Made by a program: the position numbers and the translations under genes. From NCBI GenBank assembly GCA_002269645.1, contig NIVC01000948.1:62001-126000 (forward strand): a stretch of 64,000 nt of DNA, read 5' to 3'. Each line of letters begins with the position of its first letter. Within the stretch, counting starts at the first letter, position 1. The notes below the pieces were generated by a model. It was not told the origin of the DNA. It saw nothing but the letters and a program-made list of their open reading frames with translations, and made no database searches. Shown in pieces: positions 28,833 to 54,060 of the stretch. Source of the stretch: Macrostomum lignano (taxonomy: Eukaryota).

Positions 28833-31476
28833 ATGCTATCGTCTATGGCCAGACCTGGCGGCAGCGGTCGTCGCAGGCGGAACAGCCAGGGGGAGCCATC
28901 GGCGGGAGATCAACAGCAGCCGCAGCAGCAGCGGACGGTTCTCAGCGCCAAGCAGAGCAGGCTGTCCCCGGTGGTGCAGGCTAGCAACTGCAACAGCAAA
29001 GCCATGGTGCTGCAGAAGACGCCTGTCCAGCAGCAGCAGCATCCGGCGGCTCAGCTGCATCACCTGGGCCATCAGATTCGAACTGATACTGGGCGAAACG
29101 ATTACTACACAGTCCTAACCCCGGAGGACCTCTGGGACTCCATGCAGCGAGTCATTGACAGTGCCGCTGAGGTGCTGCACTTGCCCAGACAGTACATCCG
29201 GCTTCTGCTGAGGGCCTTTCGCTGGGACAAGGACCGACTGCTGGACAGGTGAGTGGGCCGCTGCAACTCTCAGGGTCCTTTAGAGGGCCGCTGCAACTCT
29301 CAGGGTCCTTTGGAGGGCCGCTGCAACTCTCAGGGTCCTGTGGGGGCCGCTGCAACTCTCAGGGTCCTTTGGAGGGCCGCTGCAATTCTCAGGATCCTTT
29401 GGAGGGCCGCTGCAACTCTCAGGGTCCTTTGGAGGGCCGCTGCAATTCTTAGGATCCTTTAGAGGGCCGCTGCAACTCTCAGGGTCCTTTGGAGGGCCGC
29501 TGCGACTCTCGGGGTCCTTTGGAAGGCCGCTGCGACTCTCGGGGTCCTTTGGAGGGCCGCTGCAATTCTTAGGATCCTTTGGAGGGCCGCTGCAACTCTC
29601 AAGGTCCTTTGGAGGGCCGCTGCATCTCCCAATTAGAGTCTCAGGTTATCCAACCGATCTGTGCTTTGCCAACCCGCAGCTATTATGAAGCAGACCCAGA
29701 CGAGTTCCTAGCCAAGTACCACATACCGCAGCAGCAGCAGCAGCAGCAACAAGAAAAGCAGCCGCACAGCTCAGCAGAAATGTGCGAAATCTGCCTGGCC
29801 GAATCTCCGAGTTTAAGCGGAGCCGGCTGCGGGCACAGGTTCTGCTCGGACTGCTGGACCGCCTACCTGGAAGAGAAGATGGCATCCAATGGCCAGTTCG
29901 ATGCGTTCCAATGCCCGGCGCACAGGTGCCCAGCCCAGGCGGACGACTTCTTGGTGGATCAGCACCTGATTAATGGCCGGCTGCGCTCCCAGTACCGCCG
30001 ATCCATTCTCCAGACCTACGTGTCAAACACTCGCCGTCTGGCCCCGTGCCCCGGCCTCGACTGCGACATGGCCGTCAGCTTGACCGACGACACTGGCGGC
30101 CTGGTCTGCCGCGTCACCTGCCGCTGCGGCAAGTCGTTCTGTTTTGCCTGCGGCAACGACTGGCACGAGCCGATTGGCTGCGAGATGCTGCGCAGATGGT
30201 TACAGAAGAATGAAGGAGAGTCCATGAATACTCAGTGGTTTCTGGTGCACACTAAGGTAAGTGCGACCGGTGCACAGGTGTGGGCTTCTACTCTTGTTCT
30301 GAGGATAATTCCCTTTTTTGTATGCAATAAACTGTGAACTGTCAATGGGATAATTCTCCCCGTTTAGTATGGGATTAACTGTCAATAGGATAATTCTCCC
30401 CCTTTTAGTATGGGATAATTCTCCCCCTTTTAGTATGTGATATAAACTGTCAATGGGATAATTCTCCCCCTTTTAGTGTGGGATAAACTGTTAATGGGAC
30501 AATTCTCCCCCTTTTGTATGGAATGAACTACCAATGGGATAATTCTCCCCCTTTTGTATGGAATGAACTACCAATGGCATAATTCTCCCCTTTTCTATTG
30601 GATAAACTGTCAATGGGATAATTCTCCCCTATAAAAGAAGTGACTTGTTCCATTGACAGCTTATCCCCTGTAAAAGAGGAGAATTATCCCATTGACCGTT
30701 TATCCCATACAAAAGGGGATACATGTAAACTGTAATTAGGATAATTATATGGGATGAGCTATATAATTAATCTCCTGTTTACCGGCCGCCACCAGCCCTG
30801 CCCCAAGTGCCACGCCACCATCGAGAAGGACGGCGGCTGCAACCACATGGTGTGCCGCAACGTGAGCTGTCGCTACGAGTTCTGCTGGGTGTGCATGGGC
30901 GAGTGGCAGCCCCATGGCAACCAGTGGTACAATTGCAACAGATTTGACAAGGACCGAGCTGACAAGCTCAAGCAGGCGCAGGCGGTCTCTAGGGACTACC
31001 TGGTTCGCTACCTGCACTATTACGATTTGTACATGAATCATCGCCGCTCCATGGAGCTGGAGTCGCGCCTCATTGGCATCATCAGCGCCAAGATGACGGA
31101 GATTCAGCAGGCTGGCCTGTCCTGGGTGGAGTGCCGGTTCCTACGCGACGCGGTGGACGCGCTGTGCAAATGCCGCCGGGTGCTCATGTACACCTACGTG
31201 TTCGCCTATTACCTGAAGCCCAGCAATCAGCAGAGAATATTTGAGGACAATCAACGCAATCTGCAGCTGACTACCGAGGCACTCAGCGAGGTGCTGGAAC
31301 GCGAGCTGGACCTCGCTAATCTTCAGCGCCTGAAGCAGAATGTGCAGGATCGCTACCGTTATTGCACTAGCCGGGCGGCTGCACTCCTGCAGCACGTCTA
31401 CGAGGGCTATCAGGGCGACTGGTGGACCTTCGATATGAATGGCGGCCAGCCTTCGCCTGGAAATCCGAGCGGTTGA
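28833..31476 (+). CDS. ARIH1: Ariadne-1-type RBR E3 ubiquitin ligase
   Basis: Exons 28833-29248, 29680-30256, 30796-31476 (557 aa, frame-consistent). UBA-like segment, RING1 ([13 protein letters not shown]), IBR ([27 protein letters not shown]), RING2 with catalytic GGCNHM, Ariadne domain ([20 protein letters not shown]). The RING2 sequence is closer to ARIH1 than to ARIH2. Confidence 0.93.
29254..29630. repeat. 30-bp minisatellite GGAGGGCCGCTGCAACTCTCAGGGTCCTTT
   Basis: About 12 units filling ARIH1 intron 1. Confidence 0.95.
30337..30720. mobile_element. Foldback-like element with asymmetric tandem-repeat arms in ARIH1 intron 2
   Basis: Tandem CTGTCAATGGGATAATTCTCCCCCTTTTGTATG units (30337-30630), then inverted copies (30655-30720). 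Confidence 0.6.
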
Positions 31477-31574
31477 CCGACTATCTCACTTGGTCGAGCT
31501 TAACTATATGACTGTTAATGTGATCGCTCTTGAAGTATTCCATTGCAGAATCCACTCTCAAAAGTAGCTCTCCT

Positions 31575-31985
31575 TGAAAGCGCCGCTTTAAACTTGCCGC
31601 ACTTTAAAGTAGTCACTTTGAAGTTGCCGCTTTTTGAAGTTGCCTCTTATTTGAAAAAGCCGCTCTTTGAACTGCCGCTCCTTTGAAGTTGCCGCTCCTT
31701 TGAAGTTGCCGCTCTTTGAAGTTGCCGCTCTTTGAAGTTGCCGCTCCTTTGAAGTTGCCGCTCCTTTGAAGTTGCCGCTCCTTTGAAGTTGCCGCTCTTT
31801 GAAGTTGCCACTCCTTTGAAGTTGCCGCTCCTTTGAAGTTGCCGCTCTTTGAAGTTGCCACTCCTTTGAAGTTGCCGCTCTTTGAAGTTGCCACTCCTTT
31901 GAAGTTGCCGCTCTTTGAAGTTGCCACTCCTTTGAAGTTGCCGCTCCTTTGAAGTTGCCACTCTTTTGAATTTTCCGCTCATTTG
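31575..31985. repeat. 16/17-bp minisatellite TTGAAGTTGCCGCTC(C)T
   Basis: About 22 units downstream of the ARIH1 stop. Confidence 0.93.
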
Positions 31986-32699
31986 AAACAGCCGCTCTTT
32001 TGAATATACCGCTGCTCTCTGCGTCTCTCCCTCCTATTTCAACATTTATTAATATTGTCCCGTCTTTTCGGCCAGTGCTCCCCCAATACAGTTGGCCTTT
32101 GGTCAGGCCTTACCCCCTCTCACTTTGTCTTCATTCGAGTCTTCAGCTCATTTATTTATTTATTTATTTATTTATTTTACCTGCGTCGGATTTTGGTAAA
32201 TCATCACTAACACGGTGGGTTCTTCATGAGAGATTTTAGCTGGTCTCGCGCTCGCTCTGTCTGCAGTTTGTTGTTTTAAATAACTGCAAATTATCCTTTG
32301 CGCTCGCACCTGTGCGGCTTTATAAAACCAAACAAGTGAGTTATTATTTTCGTCATTTGCCCAACGAAGCAAAGTCTTAAGGATCAGTTATGGATTTGAA
32401 ATGATACATTTTTAGTTTAAAACAAGACAAAAGGAATTTTATTTGAAACGAAAATAGCACTGGGCATTTTGGCGCATATTAAGTTTCGCTTGTTATAAAT
32501 GGCGCTTACTTTTTTTACTTGCTTGGTCGAACTAGTTCATTGCGGCACAGTCTGATTTGAGGCTGTATAAAAATGGTCGTTTAAAAACTTTCATTTTCAT
32601 ATGAAAATATACTTATGCAGAGTCTGATTTAGTCTTGCGAATTTGCCAATTCTTTCAAAAACTTATACAATCTATTTTCTTATGTTTTTGTCCGTTCTG

Positions 32700-33120
32700 G
32701 TGCCAGCCAATCAGCGATGAGCGTCACAGTTTGCTGTTCACTGTAAAATTGTACTCGGCATTGGCTACTTCCTTAGCCAGTTATCGACGAGCGCTACACA
32801 CAGTTGGCTGTTCACTGTACAATTGGCTACTTCCTTAGCGAATCAGCGATGAGCGCCACACACAGTTGGCTGTTCACTGTACAATTGGCTACTTCCTTAG
32901 CCAATCAGCGATGAGCGCCACACACAGTTGGCTGTTCACTGTACAATTGGCTACTTCCTTAGCGAATCAGCGATGAGCGCCACACACAGTTGGCTGTTCA
33001 CTGTACAATTGACTACTTCCTTAGCCAATCAGCGATGAGCGCCACACACAGTTGGCTGTTCACTCTACACTGTTCACTGTACAATTGTACTCGGCATTGG
33101 CTACTTCCAATCCTTAGCCA
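32700..33120. repeat. 62-bp tandem repeat
   Basis: About 5-6 units, AGCGATGAGCGCCACACACAGTTGGCTGTTCACTGTACAATTGGCTACTTCCTTAGC. Confidence 0.9.
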
Positions 33121-34134
33121 ATTAGTAATGTCAGTCAAGGTAATATTTGAAAAAAATGTTTAATATAGCCGGGCCATCAATGCGATCAAATAGCAAAAGA
33201 ATGGTGCCACGTTGTATTTATTATTATATAGACATTTTGGCAAATCAAACGCAGACAGTCGCTAAGAGACAAAAAAGCACAAGCTATTCTGTGTAAAATA
33301 GTATGCTCTTATATAATTAGCTAAAATGAAGTTCAAATGACTCATCATGACGTTATAAGCAGTTCAAATGCAGCGTGAAAGCAAAGCGGAAATTTTTTTT
33401 CGCAAAAATCAGGTAAGTTTGTTTATTGATCGGGTTGCTGACAGTAGTATATGGGTATAAAAAGCAAAATATATATATTCGCTGAAATCTAAAGATATAA
33501 AACTGATGTAGGAGGCATTTTTGGAGTGACGGTATCGCCTCATCCCTGCCAGTCATAAATAGCGTGTGAGAAGGGGTTTGATAAGAAGATAAGTACCCCT
33601 GTGTGCAAGTAGAACGCTGCACTCTCGCTTTTAATATGCATTTTAGAGAAAATAATTTTCCAGTCTTTGAGCGCTTGTAAGTTCGAGTAATTCTGTAGGC
33701 CTTTTTGTGCTTGATGCTGCAAAAACGTTTCACGATTCACGGCTCGTTGAATTGTGAAGTAAACGAAAGCAAATTCAAATTCGCGCCAGAAGGAGGGCGT
33801 TGTTAAACAAAACTTCAATGCCAACAAAATATCTTGTGAAACACACTAAAGAGAAAAATTCTGAAAAGTCACTGTTAAGCTGAAATTCTGAGTTTATGGT
33901 GAGTTTTTTAAACAGTGTTTCATTTTTATTAACTAATGCCCGTGTCTTTGTTGAAAATTCGAACTCACGGAACGAAATTGTAAAGGAAATTTATCCAAGG
34001 GCACAGGTTGATGAAAATACAGAACAGCCAAGCAAGCAGAGATAATATCGGAAACTGATTTACTGAATGCTATAAAAATGCAAAAAAATATTTTGAAGAT
34101 AAATTTTCCCTGATGAAATACTATAAAGATGTTC

Positions 34135-34140
34135 TTTATT
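34135..34140 (-). promoter_or_regulatory. Candidate polyadenylation signal of the furin gene
   Basis: AATAAA on the minus strand, about 37 nt after the TGA. Confidence 0.55.
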
Positions 34141-34176
34141 CGGCCTTCAAAAAGCCCTTTTCTTTGCTTCCTAGCC

Positions 34177-48013
<13,837 letters not shown>

Positions 48014-48253
48014 TGAAATTGCACAAAAGTTAACCAATACTGAAGGCTGGATTTTTCAACAGCTTTTCCAGATGCTCCATCATGAAAGGCATTTAAGGTC
48101 GTCAGCGATATGCATCTTCATTTGACACTGTCTGTGATTGGCTGACGACACTCGTCATCTTGAAGACCACGCAAAACTCCTGACTCTCTACTGTATAAAG
48201 TAGCATTGTGTGCAAACATTGCTTTTGGTAATCGTTTTGTTTACTTTGTGGTA

Positions 48254-49017
48254 CTGGCGCCTCTGGTGCTGGCGCCTCTGGTGCTGGCGCCTCTGGTGCT
48301 GGCGCCTCTGGTGCTGGCGCCTCTGGTGCTGGCGCCTCTGGTGCTGGCGCCTCTGGTGCTGGCGCCTCTGGTGCTGGCGCCTCTGGTGCTGGCGCCTCTG
48401 GTGCTGGCGCCTCTGGTGCTGGCGCCTCTGGTGCTGGCGCCTCTGGTGCTGGCGCCTCTGGTGCTGGCGCCTCTGGTGCTGGCGCCTCTGGTGCTGGCGC
48501 CTCTGGTGCTGGCGCCTCTGGTGCTGGCGCCTCTGGTGCTGGCGCCTCTGGTGCTGGCGCCTCTGGTGCTGGCGCCTCTGGTGCTGGCGCCTCTGGTGCT
48601 GGCGCCTCTGGTGCTGGCGCCTCTGGTGCTGGCGCCTCTGGTGCTGGCGCCTCTGGTGCTGGCGCCTCTGGTGCTGGCGCCTCTGGTGCTGGCGCCTCTG
48701 GTGCTGGCGCCTCTGGTGCTGGCGCCTCTGGTGCTGGCGCCTCTGGTGCTGGCGCCTCTGGTGCTGGCGCCTCTGGTGCTGGCGCCTCTGGTGCTGGCGC
48801 CTCTGGTGCTGGCGCCTCTGGTGCTGGCGCCTCTGGTGCTGGCGCCTCTGGTGCTGGCGCCTCTGGTGCTGGCGCCTCTGGTGCTGGCGCCTCTGGTGCT
48901 GGCGCCTCTGGTGCTGGCGCCTCTGGTGCTGGCGCCTCTGGTGCTGGCGCCTCTGGTGCTGGCGCCTCTGGTGCTGGCGCCTCTGGTGCTGGCGCCTCTG
49001 GTGCTGGCGCCTCTGGT
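48254..49017. repeat. Perfect 15-bp array CTGGCGCCTCTGGTG between furin and LOXL
   Basis: About 51 identical units. Confidence 0.98.
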
Positions 49018-49394
49018 ACATCCAATAAAAAGCCTGTCTATACCCCTGAAGAGCCCTAAACCTTAAAGAATTCTTAATAAATTCATTCACCCTTGAGGCG
49101 CTCTCTGTCTTGTCTGCTTTCTCTCGAACGGCGGGAATTTCAACTAACTTTTCTATGCTCTTTCGGACTCGTCTTTAACTAAGCGCTTTTCAACGCCACA
49201 CTTTGCCTTTCCCCATATGCGTACTTCAGCCTATTGCAAACCAGAGCCAATTGTCTGACTGGAGTGGACAGGCAGACAGACCCATAGGCAACTGAAAGCG
49301 CACAGATTCCACAGCATGCTCTTTAAAAGCGAGCCCTCAATGAGAGAAGGCGAGAGCATATGAAGAGACAGCAGCGTTAGAAGATTCATACCAA

Positions 49395-52300
49395 ATGCCG
49401 ATAAGCTGCGAGCAAAGGGTACGTTTCAAAATACCCGACGGCTTGGTCTGCCAGGTGATCAAATTCGTGTGGCTATGCATCCTGTTAGCGTCATCGAATG
49501 CCGCTGGAGACGCGCCAGCAACCGCCGTCAAACTGGTGGACGGATTCAGCAGCAACGAGGGCACCGTTATGCTCCTGTTCAACTCTACTTGGGGCCCGGT
49601 CTGCGACGACGGATGGAATCTGGATGCCGCATCAGTGGCCTGCCGGCAGGCTGGCTTTGGACCGGCCATGACCTACACTACTGGGAACCGCTACCGTACC
49701 CGGCTCAGGGGTGAGTGGCTGGTCAAGGAGGCTCTGGCGGGTGACGATTGTGAAAAAATGTATGGTATTTATGTGAAACCGAGAGAGTGCTTATTATGGA
49801 CACTACTGGGTTGATGGGGTGCTTGCTCGCTGCATGGGCCCTAGACTAATAGGGTGGTTCGCTGCATGGACCCTGGATTGATAGGGGTGGGTGCTGCATG
49901 GACCCTGGATTGATAGGGGTCGGTGCTGCATGGACCCTGGATTGATAGGGGTGGGTGCTGCATGGACCCTGGATTGATAGGGGTGGGTGCTGGATGGACC
50001 CTGGATTGATAGGGGTGGATGCTGGATGGACCCTGGATTGATAGGGGTGTGTACTGCATGTACCCTGGATTGATAAGGGTGGGTGCTGCATGGACCCTAG
50101 GTTGATAGGGGTGGGTGCTGCATGTACCCTGGATTGATAGGGGTGTGTGCTGCATGTACCCTGGATTGATAAGGGTGGGTGCTGCATGGACCCTAGGTTG
50201 ATAGGGGTGGGTGCTGCATGTACCCTGGATTGATAGGGTGTGTGCTATCGATTTCTAGGAGTCAAACTACTATAGCATTAAAAAACGGTCCAACGCAGCC
50301 GATGTGATGCACCTGGACGACGTCAGGTGCACTGGTACCGAGACTGCCCTCACTGACTGCCGCAGCCGGCCCCTTGGGCAGCACGATTGTCGGGCAAATT
50401 TTGAGGCAGCCGGTGCTCGCTGCTCGGTGCTGGGACCGTCGAGGACCCCGGCGCCTGATTGGAATCCCTTGCGACTTGAAGGGGCCAGCCGGGAGTGGCT
50501 TGCCAACATGTCTCGGGTGAGCATCAAACCGGGTGTCTTAAAAAATAACCTAAAGTGCTCAAGTTGAAAGAGTTCTCGAATTGAAAAAGAGCTCAGCGCT
50601 GAGATGAATAGTCCTTAGAAATGTTGACAAGCCCCTCCCCCCGCAGTCAACTTTCCGCCTTCAAGGAGTGAGCTACGGTCACGGCAGCAGCCTTGCAGTC
50701 ATCGCTGAAGTGTCCAACGGTCCAGCAGGTGCCGTTTGCGTCGACGATGTCACTCTCCGAGAGGCCAACGTCATCTGCCGACAGCTGGGCGCCGGTCAAT
50801 ACGGCAGGTTTCTGCACTCGGTGGGTTGGAATGTCAAACATTTGCGCTCTGTCTTAGCCATAAAAAGTGATCAACTTCAAAGTTCCGCTTTTTCAACAGT
50901 TCCAAATTTCTGATCTCACGCTCGACGGTCTGACGAACTCGAGCCGACCGGTTCTGTTGCTGGGCAACTGCTTGGGAAATGAGACTCTGACACGACAGTG
51001 CGTTGTCTATGGAAGCAACCGGGGAGTGCCGTGCAAATCTTCGGCGCTAGCTTTGGGTGTCACCTGTACATCAGGTAACTGTTAGATGAGGTGAGGTGAG
51101 GTGAGGTGAGGTAAATTGAGGTGAGTTGAGGAAGGATGAGATGTGGTGAGGTGAGATGACGTGAGTTGAGGTGAGGTCGAATGAGACTTAATATCACTTA
51201 AAATCATTCGCAGGCCAATAGTTCTGATAGGCTGAATCTTGATTCTCATCCTTTAGACCTACCGGATCTCGTGCCAGACACCCAGGCGCTTCAGACTTCT
51301 GTCTACCTGGCCAAGGTTCCCTTGTACTACATGGCCTGCGCTCTGGAGGAAAATTGCGCATCGCCGATGGCCTTCGAGTTGCAGAAAAATGACCCGCGTT
51401 AGTACAATATGTTCTTTTAAAGATATGTTTAAAGTTTGCAAACGGATGAATCATACGGGGGTTGGAGAATCGAGGGTCCAGTACGGCAGCGAGTGAGGTG
51501 GCTGGGGAATCGAGGGTCCAGTATGACAGGGAGTGAGGTGGCTGGGGAATCGAGGGTCCAGTATGACAGGGAGTGAGGTGGCTGGGGAATCGAGGGTCCA
51601 GTATGACAGGGAGTGAGGTGGCTGGGGAATCGAGGGTCCAGTATTACAGGGAGTGAGGTGGCTGGGGAATCGAGGGTCCAGTATGACAGGGAGTGAGGTG
51701 GCTGGGGAATCGAGGGTCCAGTATGACAGGGAGTGAGGTGGCTGGAGAATCAAAGGTCCAATAGGGCAGGGAGTGAGGTGGCTGGAGAATCAAAGGTCCA
51801 ATAGGGCAGGGAGTGAGGTGGCTGGAGAATTAAAGGTCCAATAGGGCAGGGGTGGCTGGAGAATTAATGGTCCAGTAGGGCAGGGAGCGAGGTTACTGGA
51901 TATTGGAGCGTTTTATTTGGATCTGAATTTTGGAGTGGGAGCTAAATTTACCATAATTATAAGAGCAAGCTCGTATTTTAACCCTTCAGACTGGCCATTT
52001 GCCAACCGCAATCTGCTGAAGTTCTCCAGCATTGTGGCGAACGAGGGCACGCGGGATTTTCTTCCCCTGCGGGACACTGGCACCTGGGAGTGGCACCTTT
52101 GCCACATGCACTACCACAGTATGGAATACTTTGCTCACTACGAGGTCTATACAAGGTAATCACGCTAGATATTATTGCGAGTGTGATTTATGTAGAATTT
52201 GTGTAGAATTATGTAGAAAGACTATGGATAAGGACTGTGGATAAAGGCTATAGATAGACAATGGATAAAGACTATGGATAAAGACTATGTAAAAATACTA

Positions 52301-53128
52301 TGGTAAAGGCACTGGATAAATACTAAACTCCATCGCGGCCCCTCAGACACAATAGAACCCACCAGACCTTCGCCAGCGGTCACAAGGCCAGCTTCTGCCT
52401 GGAGGACAATGCCTGTCGTGATGGATCGCAACCCAGATTCCACTGCAGCCAAGACCCAACAGAGAGAGGAACGCAGGGAATCTCGCCTGGCTGCAAGGAC
52501 ATCTACCTGCACGATCTGGACTGTCAGTGGGTCGACGTCACCGAGCTGCCCTACGGCCGATACGCATTCCGAGTGGGTTGTTGGTAGTGCTCACAATGGT
52601 CACAGTGCTCACAATGGTCACAGTGCCCACAATGGTCACAGTGCTCACAATGGTCACAGTGCTCACAATGGCCACAGTGCTCACAATGGCCACAGTGCCC
52701 ACAATGGTCACAGTGCTCACAATGGTCACCGTGCCCACAATGGTCACAGTGCTCACAGTAATCACATTGTTTACAATTGTCACAATTACAAAAGTGCGAA
52801 ATTTTCAGAGTGGTTGCAGTCATCAACATGGTCGTCATGACTATAGTGGTCATGCTGGTCATATAGAATATGAATTAGTCATAGTGGTCATTGTGTGCAT
52901 GGTTAGTAGTCATAGCGCTGGTCTGTGATGTGTTAACAGTAAAAGTACTCAATTCTGACCAACCTCTATGATCCTGATTTCCGTCTCGCATTTCAGCTGG
53001 TGGTCAATCCCGAATACCTGGTTGCTGAGGCGAGTTACTCAAATAACGCAATCATATGCGATCTGTACTACTCAGTGAATCACGTGTCTCTGAGCGGCTG
53101 CAGACTGACGCACCCCTTCGAGTACTGA
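49395..53128 (+). CDS. LOXL: Lysyl oxidase-like protein (2 SRCR domains + LOX catalytic domain)
   Basis: Exons (49395 or 49455)-49710, 50299-50516, 50647-50820, 50900-51074, 51257-51397, 51990-52155, 52347-52572, 52997-53128. Signal peptide [20 protein letters not shown]1 [26 protein letters not shown], a degenerate SRCR2, copper site [16 protein letters not shown] Lys ([10 protein letters not shown]) and Tyr ([13 protein letters not shown]). Confidence 0.92.
49815..50245. repeat. 32-bp minisatellite GGATTGATAGGGGTGGGTGCTGCATGGACCCT
   Basis: About 13 units in LOXL intron 49711-50298. Confidence 0.94.
51086..51180. repeat. Degenerate (GAGGT)n
   Basis: In a LOXL intron; same motif as 373-660. 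Confidence 0.8.
51455..51900. repeat. 40-bp minisatellite GTATGACAGGGAGTGAGGTGGCTGGGGAATCGAGGGTCCA
   Basis: About 11 units in LOXL intron 51398-51989. Confidence 0.94.
52587..52760. repeat. 18-bp minisatellite AGTGCTCACAATGGTCAC
   Basis: About 9 units in the last LOXL intron. Confidence 0.92.
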
Positions 53129-53244
53129 CGGATAAAGAGCATCTATATGGGAATACTTATTGTATCTCAGCCAGGGCTGTCCGCAAGCCACAATCAAAAG
53201 AAGAATGCGTATTGCCTTGACGCTGCTGTGACTTTCAAATGGCA

Positions 53245-53250
53245 AATAAA
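53245..53250 (+). promoter_or_regulatory. Candidate polyadenylation signal of LOXL
   Basis: AATAAA about 117 nt after the stop, followed by a second near-copy and a T-rich stretch. Confidence 0.55.
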
Positions 53251-54060
53251 CAAATAAATTGGTGTATTTTCATACTAGTTTTCGTGTTCTTACGAACCTA
53301 TTCATTGAGAACTTTCTATTTTAAACCAACTGAAACGATTGCCCCCCCTTAGGCTGGAATGCCCCGTGGCCAATCACGGTCGAGGGGATGAGTGCTCGGG
53401 TGGCGCCTAAATAGGAAGGATGCTTGATCGAGACCGAGAGAAAGTGTCTCGCAGGCATTAAAAAATCCAGACGGTTCAGAGCAGTACTGCTTGACAAATG
53501 GATCTCGTGACTGGGGTGAGTTGCAAAATTAAAACAAAGGAGATCGATTTGCATGGGGGATTTTGGTAGCTGCTTTTGCTGTTGATTGAAGGCTCATCGA
53601 TCCGTACTCATACGAGCCGTAGATACTGCAACACCAGCACCGTGTTTATTTTTAGCTTTGAGAAATCCTTCCTTTCGTTCTTTGTCTACGTTATAATTGG
53701 AGTCGAACCGTACCCTTACTTTGTGTCTGCTCAGTTGCAGACAGGAAGCTTCCTCAAGCCAGTTAGTCATTTTCCGCTCTTGTGTAATAAATATTAAATT
53801 AGCTTCAACATTCAAACGAGTGATGAAGCCGGCCACTCCGTCCCTCTTCCCACTGTTCTCATCTCTCCCTGTCATGTCGTTAAGTCGAACTTTAATAATG
53901 TTTACAGCTAATGCCTGTGACTGGGTCTGGGCCCAACTGCACAGAATTCGTAATTTGATTGATCTTTGACCCGCTGACCTACTACTCCCGCTGAACCGGC
54001 ATCTACCGATGAGCTTTGCTACTCTGCCCGCCTCTGTTGAACCCAAAATATGAATTGCAG

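Noticed and set aside
27105-33120. CRISPR-like arrays (29-62-bp repeats)
   Set aside because: Head-to-tail repeats with no unique spacers, no cas genes, and a eukaryotic context.
33353-33827. Minus-strand ORFs downstream of furin
   Set aside because: No family motifs; AT-rich, past the polyA signal.
34085-34110. Hammerhead core CTGATGA
   Set aside because: No flanking stems or GAAA-stem architecture could be built.
48102-49090. APEAP / RRQHQ / LVLAP / LWCWR repeat proteins
   Set aside because: Stop-free frames of a perfect 15-bp array, with no splice or codon support; the same applies at 62531-63107.
49711-50298. Apparent phase clash in LOXL needing a 2-nt microexon in the repeat
   Set aside because: Resolved by the acceptor aacgcAG|CC at 50299, which keeps phase 1.
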